A DNA stretch of 64,000 nt from Azolla caroliniana (lineage: Eukaryota; Plantae; Polypodiophyta): positions 10,168,001-10,232,000 of the forward strand of contig JBHGNT010000004.1 of assembly GCA_043228905.1 (NCBI GenBank). Direction: 5' to 3'. Both the position numbers and the translations under genes were made by a program. Each line of letters begins with the position of its first letter. Positions within the stretch are counted from its first letter, which is position 1. Shown piece after piece: positions 49,501 to 61,542 of the stretch. The notes below the pieces were generated by a model. That model saw only the letters and a program-made list of their open reading frames with translations, did not search any database and was not told the origin of the DNA.

Positions 49501-52268
49501 GTAATCCTCGAACTGCCCCCGATACTCTCCTCCGTTATCTGCTCGAACCGCCTTCAGCTTCCGGCCGGTTTCTCTTTCCACTCTCGCGTGGAGCTCTTTG
49601 AAGACGGATAACACCTGATCCTTCGTCTTCAGCGGTGTGGCCCACAGCTTCCGGCTGTGGTCATCTATGAACGTCACGAAGTACTGCGCTCCGGCATGTG
49701 ACTTCGTGTCTGCTTGACACACATCCGTATGCACCAACTCCAGTGGTGCATTACGTCTCATCGGTGGCCTTGGTCGGAAGGAGGTCCGGTTCTGCTTACC
49801 GGCCAGACAATCAGTGCACTTCTCTAAGTGCACGTTCTTCACTGGAATGAGGTTGTGTCTGCAAGCCTCTTCATCCCCTTCTCGCTCATATGACACAGCC
49901 TCTTGTGCCACAGCTCATCGGCAGTGTTGGATGCCACGTTCACTTCTTCCGGACATAACCGGGCATTCATCAGGTACAATGTGTTTACCTTCCGGGCCCG
50001 AGCCACAATCAGGCTCCCTTTGCTGAACTTCATGACACCATTCCGGATGCTACCCGTGTAGCCTTCATCATCTAGCTGACCGGCTGATATCAGGTTCAGA
50101 CGAACTTCCGGAACGTGTCGGACATCCTTCAGCAGCAACTGGCATCCGGTTGGTGTTGACAGCCACACATCTCCTATGCCGACAATTCGGCATGTACCTT
50201 CATTTCCCATCCGGACACAGCCGTGGTCATCGGCTGAGTAGGATGTGAAGCATTTCCGGTCCGGGGTAAGGTGGAACGACGCTCCGGAGTCTACCACCCA
50301 GGTCATCTCGTCGCCGGCAAGGTTTATCTCACTCTCTTCGGTGATGAGCATCAACTCCTCTTCACTTGCCGCGATTGCCATCGTTCCCTTCTGGTCCGGC
50401 CCCCTCCGGTCTTTACCGTTCCGGTCCAGGGTTTGCTTCGAATCGGTACCGTCGGTTTCCTTGTCTTTACGGAAATGCCGACAGTTCTTTTGGAAGTGTC
50501 CTGGCTTGCCGCAATAGAAGCAAGTAGGTCTCCCCCTTGACTTTGACCGTGTCCCCGACTTCTCCCGGTTCTGGGGACGACGATTTCTCTGTCTTCCGGG
50601 TTCCGATTCGGTAAGGAGCGCTTTGGAGTCGGAGCTCGTATCTTTGTCTTTCCGACGCGCCTCCTCATCTAGCAAGCTCGACTTTACTCTTGCTAGGGAT
50701 ATAACCGTTTTCCTTCCGGCCCGACGTTGCCCAAAGTGACAACCAACGTCTCCCAGCTATCTGGGAGGGAACCGAGCAGGAGTAGCGCTAGTACCTCATC
50801 GGCAAGAAGTACTTCCAATGACTTTGCCTGGTGTATCAGCCCCTGGAAGGCATTCATGTGCTCCGCCATGCTGGAGCCATCTTGGTACCAGAGTCTTACT
50901 AGCTTCTGGAATACCGAAACCTGATTAACAACATTTTTGTTTTGAAACATTATGCCGATCTTCTCCCAGAGCTCATGAGCCTTGCTCTCTTCATTGAAGT
51001 TGTTGTATAGGCTCATGTCGATGAAGCACCGTATGTACGCCGTTGTCTTCATGTGCATCACGTCCCATGTCGCGGCGTCGATTTTGTCCGGTCTCTTGTC
51101 CCCGAACTGAACCGGCAGCCAAAGGTCTTTAACAACGAGCATGTCCCTCATCTTCGACTTCCATACTGAATAGTTGGAGCCGGTGAGCTTGAACATGCCG
51201 CCAAATGATTCGTCCATTTTCTGTGTCGATTTAGCTCTGATACCACTTGACGGGAACTCCTAGCTCCTTATGCGCAAGACTCGGCCACAACCGAGATTCT
51301 TTTCATACACAGAAAAGGGGAAATAGAACACGACACAGTGAAGAGAAGAGTACATAGGATGTTAACGTGGAAAACCCCAAACTAGGGGAAAAACCACGGC
51401 AGCCCACGGGCTGCAAACTGTCACTATGTATGAATGTACAAAACAGTGAGTACACGGAGGCAACGACCTCGGGCTCACGATCTTCGCCACAGGCGGCGGT
51501 TACAATAAAGGCAACGACCTCGTTCTCTCTTTCTCTCTCTGTATAGTTATACGCTCCCACTTATTCTTGCACCAACAAGGAAGAATGACAACAACAACTA
51601 AAAGTTTGCCCTAAGTCATATTTATACTAATATGACTTTTCGGCTATTTACAAATGTAGCCACAATGGGCTCTCAGAAACATATTTACGAATATGTCTCT
51701 TCCTCCGATTCATACCGGTTCTTCACCATTCGGCTCTCCGTAGCCGGGTACTCCTCATCCGGTTCGCACCGGGCCTGTATCATCCGGCTCTCCGTAGCCG
51801 GGTACTCCTCATCCGGTTTGCACCGGGCCTGTATCATCCGGCTCTCTGTAGCCGGTTACTCCTCATCCGGTTCGCATCGGGCCTGTATCATCCGGCTCTC
51901 CGTAGCCGGGTACTCCTCATCCGGTTCGCACCGGGCCTGTAATATCTGGCTCTCCGTAGCCGGGTACTCCTCATCCGGTTCGCACCGGGCCTGTATCATC
52001 CGGCTCTCTGTAGCCGGGTACTCCTCATCCGGTTCGCACCGGGCCTGTATCATCCGGCTCTCCGTAGCCGGTTACTCCTCATCCGGTTCGCACCGGGCCT
52101 GTATCATCCGGCTCTCCGTAGCCGGGTACTCCTCATCCGATTCGCACCGGGCCTGTATCATCCGGTTCTCCGTAGCCGGGTACTCCTCATACCGTTTCGG
52201 CCTCGGCCGAGTTTGTTCATCTGCACTGTTCTTCTCCCTTCCCATCCGGAGGGACCTGTCTCCCAATA
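46578..52268 (-). mobile_element. Near-complete Ty1/copia LTR retrotransposon (Tork/Tnt1-like)
   Basis: TSD GGGTC; 3' LTR 46578-47197; 5' LTR 51248-52268; PBS TGGTATCAGAGC at 51234-51245; PPT at 47198-47210; gag-PR-IN-RT-RH order across ORFs 51217 to 47208 with a few frameshifts and stops. Confidence 0.96.
51697..52190. repeat. 54-bp tandem array (about 9 units) in the 5' LTR U3
   Basis: Unit TCATCCGGTTCGCACCGGGCCTGTATCATCCGGCTCTCCGTAGCCGGGTACTCC; only about 2 units in the 3' LTR. Confidence 0.95.
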
Positions 52269-53599
52269 GGGTCTTCAACCCGCTGTCGGCCATCATAGTA
52301 CACAACACAACACTCTATTTCTGGTTTTCTTGAAGAACAGAGAAGAGAGAAGACAAACAAGAAGTCTGCATCCGAATAGGTCACCGGACTCTATTCACCC
52401 ACTTGTTGTAACCACCTGATGCAGATTGTTCTCCAGACAACAACCAAATTCGTGCTTCATTCGGCCGATCGACATTCGGGAGGATCAGTTGGATCCGTCC
52501 CTCTCATCGCTGCAGTCATCCGAAGCAGAATCAGCCTAAACAATCGGTTTCTTGCGATCAGTATTCGGCATACAATCAGAAGCTAACCGGAGTCACTCCA
52601 AGAAGGTTCAGCAAACAAGTATCCGAAACCAAACCGACTCGGGTTCAAGACCGACTAGAACGATATCGGGTGAGCCGACCGACTGCACCCAACTAAGGTT
52701 CCTAGTCAACTCCGAACAGAGTCTTACCAACCGAAACCGAATCAGATGGCATCAACATCCGGCTCATCGGAGATGAGTCTAAGGAGGTTCGACGGTTCAA
52801 ACTTCAACTTCTGGAAGGAACAAATGTAGGACTATCTCATAGTCAAGGGTCAGATAGACCCGATTGAGAATGAAAATCCACCAGAAGCATACAAGGCAAA
52901 CAAGTGGCTAAAGCTGGACAGAATCGTCCGCACCACGATTCGGATGCACTTGTCAGAGTCAGTGTACTTCACAGTGCAATCATGCTCGACAACTTTTGAA
53001 CTCTGGAAAACACAGTCGGAAACTTATGAAAAGAAGGTCGCCGCAACGAAGATGTATTTGATCCGGCGCCTCTACAACTTGCGGATGAAAGAATCCGATT
53101 CGGTTCAGGCACACCTCAACGAGTACGAAAGCCTAAGCTCCCAAATATTGTCTCAGGGGACGACAATAGAGGATGAACTCGGAGCAATGATACTCATGAG
53201 TAGTCTCCCCTCTTCTTGGGAAACTTTCATCACAACCGTGTGCAATGCTTCAACAATTGCCATTAAGTATTCCGAAATCCCGAGCGCAATCCTAACTGAA
53301 GCAGCTCGGAGAAAGTCTTTCGCCAAAGACTCGGCAAATGAAGCTTACGTAGTACAAGGTTCGACTGATCGATCGAACAACCGAGGAAGAAGTTCTTCCC
53401 GACCGCCGAACAATCAGCGAAGCCGGAGCAAGTCTCAGGACATCTGAATCTGCAACTACTGCAAGAAACCGGGACACATCAAAGCCGACTGTCGGGCATT
53501 GAAAGCAAAAACCGACAAAGCTCAGAGAGCGGATAAGAACCGACGGCATGAGGAGGTCAACTACGTCGTCTCTTCAGCCGAAATTTTGACGACCGACCC

Positions 53600-54510
53600 G
53601 TTTTTTTCTATTTATTTTGGGTCTTTTTGGTTTTTAAAACAAAAAAAAAGTTGAAGTGATGAAAAAACCAGAGTTTTCATCACAAGTCGATACAATGTAC
53701 CGAATACATGTTTCAAAAACAATTTTAAAAAATATTTTAAACATAAACTAGGTACATTGTATTGAATTGTGGTGAAAAATCTGGTTTTTTCATCAAGTCA
53801 AGTTTGATTTTTTTATTTTTTTAAAATCGGGAAAAAAAAGTTTGAACATAAATTTGATACGTTGGATGGAATTGTGATGAAAACTCTGTGTTTTACATCA
53901 ACTCAATACAACGTATGGAGTTCATGTTTAGAAATCTTCTTTTTTTTTCAAATAAAAGAGATTTAGGGTTTACATGAACTCGAATTGTACTAAAATCTTT
54001 GTTTCGACAAGAGTAAAAGATGAATATCGATGTTATAAAGAAGTATGTTGCACAACAAGATACCTTATGGTGAACATGTGCTTCCTTGATTAACAAAAAA
54101 CCATTAATAATTGTGTTGATAATAATTGAACCCTTCAAATGCCAATTACTTCACAAATTTTGTAGGGGGCTCTCAAAATAAAGAAGAGGAGAGCATTGTG
54201 GATACCTTGATAAGTATGTGATATGTTCAAATTGATATATTAATGTTTACGTCTAAGTTTGGCAGTTTTGACAGTTTATGAATAACATCTACATTTTAAG
54301 AGTTATGGATTTATCAAAATTATTTATGAATATTGTATACATTTCTTGAGTTATGAATTTATGGATGTTAATGAGCACTAAATTTATAGATGATGGCATT
54401 AAGGATTACAATGTTACCTCTTATACTTAAAACATTCTCAATTCTAACAATAGATGTAACTTCCACTTTTGGAACCTACATCTTCTCAAGATGGTGAAAC
54501 CATTAATCTT
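53600..54510. other. AT-rich segment with repeated hairpins, possibly a DNA-transposon end
   Basis: Three GTGATGAAAA...TTTT(C/AC)ATCA-like inverted repeats near 53656, 53768 and 53873. Confidence 0.35.
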
Positions 54511-54517
54511 AACTTGG

Positions 54518-55800
54518 GATATGCGTTCTCTCTTGGGAGTGTCGTGATAACATGGAGCAGTAAGAAGCAGCCGACAGTTGCACTGTCGAGCACCGAAGCT
54601 GAGTATTGCGGAGCGGCTGTCGCGACATGCGAAGCCATATGGTTGAAGCGGCTACTTAAGGACCTGCAAGAGGAGGTGTCCGATCTGACGACGATCTACT
54701 GCGACAACCTCAGTAGCATCCAGCTCGCGAAGAACCCCGTCTTCCACGCATGGACCAAGCACATTGAGGTGCACTACCATTTTGTCTGTGAGTATGTCCT
54801 TTCTGGTGAAGTCAAACTTCAGTATGTTCCGACGGATCGGCAAACTGCCGAAATCTTCACCAAGCCTCTTGGTCTGGACAAGTTGCAGCAATTCTTGGGT
54901 ACGCTCGGGTTGCGTCACCTCGACGTGCCGAACTTGAGGGGGAGAGACGTCCCGAATGACCATAGAAGAGGGAGAGAAGTTCCGGAAGACGAAGACCGCG
55001 ACACCGAGTCGGATGACGAATTCGACTTTGGATCGGTTGAAGAAGCCGAGGGTGGATCCGCGGAAGAGTCCAAAAGCGGACATAAGGGGAGCAACCGAAA
55101 GAAAGAGCTGAAGCCAATCAAGCATGGGGGAGATGACGCCATCAAGGGCGAGAAGACCGAAGACGAGTTGGAGACAGCCAACTCGGACGAGAGCAAAAAC
55201 TGATCGGAGGTAGCCGAGTCGGTTCGGATGTTTGATTCAGATGTTTGATTCGGATACACTGAATCAACCGAGGGCCAGGCGGAAAAGAAGGCAGCAAGAG
55301 AAGCGGCAACACCGCGACAACGAGGGAACTGTGAAGGGTCGTGGGAGCAAACAAGCCGACCGGAAGGGTCGAAGCATGCGGAGTCGAACAGGCTCAGGAG
55401 CGCGAGCGAGGTGTGGAGCCAGGAGGAACCGGAGCGGTGATTCGGAAGATCCCGAAGAGCCTCAAGTTGAGCTTGAGGGGGACTTGTATAAAAGTGTTCA
55501 TTGAACACACACGATGTATAGATTGAGCATTATTCTGAATTAAGTTTTGGTGTTTTACTCTCTCTCTCTCTCTCTCTCTCTCTTGTGTGTACTATGCAAA
55601 CCTAAGCTTTCCATTAAACCTGTGTTTTTTGTTGTTCGGTTTCCTATATTGCTTCTGCACGCCATTCTTTTCATCCTAGAACTAGAAGGTTCTAGAATAT
55701 TCTCCCAAATATTCTCCAGAATATTCTAATGCATGTACTTCAACCCGCAATATAAATACTTGTAACCTCCTTAGTCCCTTTCAAGGGTTTCAACACCAAT
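54518..55800 (+). mobile_element. Copia 3' end: RNase H with acidic extension, PPT and 3' LTR
   Basis: WSSKKQPTVALSSTEAEY and IYCDNLSSIQLAKNPVFH motifs; PPT TTGAGGGGGAC before TG at 55485. Confidence 0.85.
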
Positions 55801-56091
55801 CATTGACACATCAATCTAGTATTCTCATTTCATTCCATCTTGTCTCCTTCTTCATCTCTTGTTACCGTACGAGATGTACGGGTGATTGATAATTGTGATA
55901 AGTGAGGGTGAAAGATGATATGTATGTGTTATGTTTTACAATTATGAGTGTGAATGTAAGTGTGAGTGTGGTGGATACAAAGAGGTGTGAGTGAGTGACT
56001 AGGTGTGAATACCCAAGGGGCTTGCACCCTTGTGTATCTACCCTTTTGTACCTATTTAACCCCTTATGGGGAATGAATGAATACAATGATC

Positions 56092-56142
<51 letters not shown>

Positions 56143-56452
56143 ACATCTCTCTCCCTCCCTCCCTTATGTTGAACCCCCTTGGGAGGGGGGTGGAGCCATT
56201 CTAGGCACCACCCCCCACCCCGCAATGCTTGTTGTGACCGTAGCGTTGTGACAAGGAGTGTGAGCGAACGAGCAAGAACTATTGAGATGATATAGGAAGA
56301 GTAAGAAAAGATATAAAGCAATGATGCAAGTGAAACTGAAGTGAGTAGGATTAGAGGTGAACAAGAGTAAAAGAGAATGAGAGAATGAGATGAAAGAAGA
56401 AGAGAAGAGTGAGTGAGAAAAAAAAAAAAGCTTAAGAAATTTTCATTAGAAA

Positions 56453-56504
56453 GACCTTGTGCAAACTAGTTTCACTCTAGGTAGAGCTCATCAGTGCCAA
56501 GGTC
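56453..56504 (-). ncRNA. Minimal type I hammerhead ribozyme
   Basis: Minus strand GACCTTGGCA-CTGATGA-GCTCTACCTAGAGT-GAAA-CTAGTT-TGCACAAGGTC: core boxes, stems I and II, and a palindromic AACTAGTT in stem III. Confidence 0.85.
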
Positions 56505-56739
56505 ATTAACAACAAGAGGGTAGGTTTATATAGGGGGAAGAGAGAGAGAGAGAAAGAAAGAGAGAATAGGAGTTTAATGAGGGGAGAGAGGGAAACAGGG
56601 AATCGTGATAGGCAAAGGATTGATAAGTGAAAGTGGGGTAGAGGGGGGTTATATGTATGTATATGATAAGTGATAGGTGGGGGTGGGCTCTAAGAAGAGG
56701 GGGATTATAGGGGTGGGATATAAAAGGAATATAGTATTA

Positions 56740-58730
56740 AGTGGGATTATTTATGGATTTATATTTAGTTTTGTCGAGAAGGGAATGAATGGACTTAGAC
56801 TTAGTCCAACATATGAAGGGTCGTGGTAGTTTAGATTGTTGGGGATGTGTGGCTAAATCGGCTGGAGGTTTTCTAGCATGTCGTGAATTCCTAATCTAGG
56901 GGTATCTTTTGTATACCTAAGTTTGAAGATGACAGGTATAAGGGTACTTTTAGGTTTTCTACTAAATACAAGTGATTTCCTAATGCTAAATAGGACATTT
57001 TTATAATTCTCCAATATAAAAGAAAGGGAATATCCTCTCTTAACTAATCTACTAAAAAATAGTTTTTTCATTCGAAGAAAACCTAAGGGGGTACTTTCTC
57101 TAATTAGGTATCGTTTTAGTTCATTAATAATAAATTGACGTTTTAAGTGAAGGGGGTGAACTAACGAGAATGAGAGATACTGGTAGGCATTTTGGGGCTT
57201 TTGGTAGCAATTAAAGGAGAAATGTGAATTCTTTAGGTTAATCCATAAATCTAAGAACAGTAATCTAAAGGGAGAAGTGGTGATGGCAATTTTGAAGTAA
57301 TTATTAGTGGAGGTGTTATAGAATTGGAGGTAATTTTCTAATTCGGGTTTAGTACCCGTCCATATCCCGAATGCATCATCTATATATCTAGTGAAATAGA
57401 AAAGATTAGGGTGTGAAAGGTTGGGAGTTCTCTAAGTGAGCTAAGAATAGGCATGCATAAACTACAAAAAGTTACTACCCATGGTCGTACCCTTGACTTG
57501 TTGATAGATCATGTTATCAAAGGATAGAAAGTGATATTCTAACGTGAGTGCACTAAGTGTATAGATAAGGTTAGTTTTAGAAGATGAAAAATGTGGGGTA
57601 ATCATTTTTCGTAAAGCTTGAAGTCCTAACTTAGGGGGTATGTTGGGATATAAAGATTCAACATCAAAGGTAAAGATAAAGCTATTAGGGGGTGGGTTGA
57701 GATGTTCTAAAGTCTGGACAAGGGAATGTGAGTCTTTCAAATATTGCTTCTGAAGGAGAAGGATAGGCATGAGTTGGTGGTGAAACCATTTTGATGTTTG
57801 TTCAAAAAGGGAGTTATTGTATGAGCAAATAGGTCTAAAACCTATTGGGTTTTTATGGAGTTTTGGGAGGAAATATATATGGCATACTTGGTACCCTTTT
57901 GAGGGTTTATGTAGTATGTAGTTGGCTTCTATGTTGGATAGGGTACCAAGATGGTTATTAACAATGCTTCTCAATCTATAGGATAACTCCTCAAGTGGAT
58001 AGTAGGAGACTTTTTTATATGTATTAGTATCGGAAAGGTGTTTTATAGCTTTGTTATAGTACGTGTCCTTATCAAGAACACACACTCCAACATTTTTGTC
58101 AGCAGGTAGGATTATGATTTTGTTGTTTTTCTTAAGAGATTGTAAGGCTAGTGATAAGTGAGGTGCAATCCTAATGGGTTTTAATTTGAGTGTATGAAGT
58201 GTGTCCCTAAAGATAGTTTGGTGTTTAGCTATAATGTTTTCTAGGGGAGTGTACTTAGTAGGAGGTTGCTAACTAGGGTTAGGTAGCTTAAAGGGATTTT
58301 GGGGTGAATTATTCACATCTTTGAAAAAATGTTTAAGTCGAAGGGTCCTACTTAGGCTATCAAATTCTTTAAGTAGGGTAGGGGATGATGGTGGAGAAGA
58401 TGGGAGGATGTGTTTCGAACCTAGGCTAAGGAGTTGTGTCTCATGTTTAGAGAGGGAATAATTAGAGTGGTTGTGGATCCTACTAATTCTAGGTTTACCA
58501 AGGAGAGGCGTGCAAAATTTATTACGGGGTTTCCTACAATGGGTCTTTTTCACATATGGGGAGAAGGGAAAATTAGATGTATGACGTCCTAACCACATGA
58601 AAGTATCTAAAGTAGAGGTAGGTCTATCGAGAAGGTAAAAGAGACGTTTCGCGGGATGTATGGCATGCTGAAACAGTTTACTATCCCGTTTGGCACGCCT
58701 AACTACACGGTGGGGATCACACCTGCTCAC
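56740..58730 (-). mobile_element. Penelope-like retroelement RT ORF (2-3 disruptions), no recognisable GIY-YIG endonuclease
   Basis: PADKN, YFLPKLHK..RPI, FDVESLYPNIP, QVKGTTMGS, RYIDDAF, YQKP..YL...HP and RGYS motifs typical of PLE RT and thumb. Confidence 0.88.
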
Positions 58731-59557
58731 TTTCCTTGTGGGGATCGTGTTGGTTTCTCGCTAGCGCTACCGTTTGTGCCATGTTTTGGCTCAACTTCGA
58801 CTATTTACAATCTCATGATAGAAGAAGTCGAGTTGACCACTTCACCTACAGTCCTTTGCTCGTTGCTATTCTAGTTCCTGGTGAGGACCGCACATGTTCG
58901 CTCACGACACGAATGATGGCCAAAATAGAGACAGGCCGGATAGGGCTAATAGAGACGATGACGCCGGATAGTGGCCGCACAGAGACGGTTGCAGAGCCAG
59001 AGACAAATGGCGACAACCGCCGAGCGATGGATACTATGGAGCTTCAGAAGGAGAGGAAGCAAAAACAAGCATAGCATAGAATGAGGAGAAACAAAGCAGA
59101 AGGAAGAAAAAAGAACGAAGGAGAAGAAGAGAAAGAAAGATAGGAGAAATGGAAGACATGGAGAGATGGAGAAGTGAGGAGGAGAGACAGAAAGAAAAAG
59201 AAAGAGGAAAAAGAAAGAAGACAGAAGACGAAAAGGCAGAAGACTAGAAGAAGAAGAACACATGAAGCAGGAAGAAATGCTTTCCGTTGCAAGCAAGTTG
59301 CAGAATCCAAGGCAAAATAAACAATTAAAATAATCATAATAATAAAACAAAAGAGAGGGAAAAACAAAACACAAGGGTATAACGAGCAGATTTCATAAGG
59401 GTACATAATTAAAATTTTAAAAATCAAAGGGCACCTATAGAATTTCAAAAACTCATGAACCTAAAAGAAATGGATGCGATCCACACGCAACTCACAAGAT
59501 ATGAAGAAGAACACACATACATAAAACGTTTTTTTGACGACCCAAATGATGTTAACG

Positions 59558-59770
59558 AAGTTTGTGAACCGACAGAACGGGAATGTTCGTGTCGATGAAG
59601 ATTTGCTGACCGATGGAGATGTTCGAGTCAAGCGCTCCGATCGAGGGAGTCGATCGTTGATGTTACCAAAGTTCGTGAACGACAAAACGAGAATGTTCGT
59701 GGCGATGAAGATTCGCTGACCGACAAAGATGTTCGAGTCAAGTGCTCCAATCGAGGGAGTCGATCGTTGA
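59558..59770. repeat. Two copies of a ~111-bp tandem repeat
   Basis: AAGTT(T/C)GTGAAC...GAGGGAGTCGATCGTTGA is duplicated. Confidence 0.85.
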
Positions 59771-60455
59771 GTGGACCGATTGAAGTTCCAGTCGAAGAAA
59801 GATTATGATCAAGGCATGGGGGATCGACGTGCAAGGCACTCTCCCATGGGTGTGCCATATTGTGTTATCGTACGAGATGTACAAGTGATTGATAACTGTG
59901 ATAAGTGAGGGTGAAAGATGTAATGTGTTGATATGTATGTGTAATGTTATACGATTATGAGTGTGAATGTAAGTGTGAGTGTGGCAGATACAAAGAGGTG
60001 TGAGTGAGTGACTAGGTGTGAATGCCCAAGGGTCTTGCACCCTTGTGTATCTACCCTTTTGTACCTATTTAACCCCTTATGGGGAATGCATGAATACAAT
60101 GATCATTTCTCTCTCTCTCTCTCTCTCTCTTTGACATCTCTCTCTCTCTCTCTTCCTTACGTTGAACCCCCTTGGGAGGGGGGTGGAGCCATTCTAGGAA
60201 ACCATCCCCCACCCCGCAATGCTTCTCAATGCTTGTCAACATCTTCATGATCTCTCTCACCATCATACTCTCCATCATCTTCATTATTACACCATGTCTA
60301 TGTTCGTCATTATCAATCATCATTACCATTAACCCTAACCCTAAAACGTATAACATCTCTATCTTCATTCTTTTATGTCATTCCTAGCTTTGTAAGTTCC
60401 TCGTAGCCTTGTCATTCGTGTTCCGTCCGAGTCCGCGGTTGGTGTGTTTGTGACA

Positions 60456-61542
60456 CTTATGTGCTCAACTATGCTTTCTCCATCCCTGTATTTCAGCCTC
60501 ACAATCTTTCTCATCAAAGATGTTTTGTTGAGGGCGTTCTTCCTCTCATATAGACCTGACAGCTTCTGCCACATCTCGTAGGCATTTGTGTCGTTCGCCA
60601 CATGCTGAAGGACACTCACGTTGACGCGTTATATGATAATGGCCACCGCCTTTCTGTTCAAGAGTTTCCATTCAGACTCTAATACCCCTGTGGGTATCTC
60701 TACTCTATTGATGGGCTCATACATGTCTTTAACTATGAGAAGGTCTTCCACCTTTATCTTCTAGTCTTCATTGTTCTGAGAATTTAGAACTATCATACCT
60801 GAGAAACCACTCACACTTCCTTCCATCTTTCACCTATGCTCTGATACTAGTTTGTTGAGATGTGTTCCCTAAGATTCGTGAGGAAGACCAATTGTGAAAT
60901 ACACAACAATGCCGAAATAGAAAACAACAAATGCACAAAATACACATTTTTACATGGAAACCCTATTTGGGGAAAACCATGGGAACAAAGATCTGCTATA
61001 CAATGGAGAATACAAAAGGAGACAGTATACAACACTCTCTCTGCATAGAGTGTATCAACCACATTGGGCTCTTGGCGTCTAAGCTCACAAAACTACGGTG
61101 TCGCTCTCTCTTCTCTCTATCTCTCTTACCTCTATAACACCCTCGCTATGGGGGCTCAACACTATTCTATTCTTTCTGTTCTATGCATACAAATCTTTAT
61201 GTTTTCCGTAAGTGTATTTATACTTATACACAATATGGGCTATTTAAAATGTAACCTCTACTAATATCTTCCTATTACTATACTAATAACAGTTAATCAG
61301 TCGACTGGTCGACTAGTTGATTCAACTAGCCGACACCTATGTCGACTGTCCAGTCGGTCCAACTAGTCAGCCTTTTCTTCATCCATCTAGTTGGCCCAAC
61401 TAGCTAGTCGTGTCTTCGACTTGGATTACTTACTATGTTGTCGACTCTCCCTGACATCAATTGTCGGCTCTTGGCCTGACCAGTCGGCTACTCCTTGACT
61501 TCGACTATCGGCTTCTCCCATAGGAGGGACATATTGCTAACA
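60456..61542 (-). mobile_element. Copia 5' LTR, PBS and gag start
   Basis: LTR 60853-61542; PBS T(A)GTATCAGAGC at 60838-60849; gag NAYEMWQKLSGLYERKNALNK..LKYRDGESIVEHI. Confidence 0.82.

Larger units (their letters stand above)
46204..53600 (+). mobile_element. Third copia family (LTR remnant, PBS, leader, gag), host of the 46578-52268 insertion
   Basis: LTR end ...CAACA at 46552; PBS TGGTATCAGAG at 46555; gag from 52746 (RFDGSNFNFWK, LYNLRMKE, CNYCKKPGHIKADC); truncated near 53600. Confidence 0.85.
55860..60225 (+). mobile_element. Non-autonomous LTR element (about 370-bp direct repeats) enclosing a Penelope-like element
   Basis: Direct repeats at 55860-56230 and 59863-60225, both starting TGTTA(C/T)CG with a CCTATTTAA box; the sequence before the right repeat is homologous to that of the gypsy at 34620-34664. 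No TSD or PBS confirmed. Confidence 0.7.

Noticed and set aside
51632-52333. 233-aa repeat-protein ORF
   Set aside because: It is a by-product of a stop-free 54-bp tandem array inside an LTR, antisense to the element.
55860-56253. Direct repeats as Penelope pseudo-LTRs
   Set aside because: The hammerhead lies outside them, and they have TG starts and a pre-LTR motif shared with the gypsy element, so true LTRs fit better.
59008-59017. TGGCGACAAC as a displaced PBS of the 55860-60225 element
   Set aside because: It has a mismatch, lies far from any LTR end, and the PLE boundaries are undefined, so it could be chance.
60330-60345. AACCCTAACCCTAA telomere-like repeats
   Set aside because: Only about two units, a common motif in plant LTRs and promoters.
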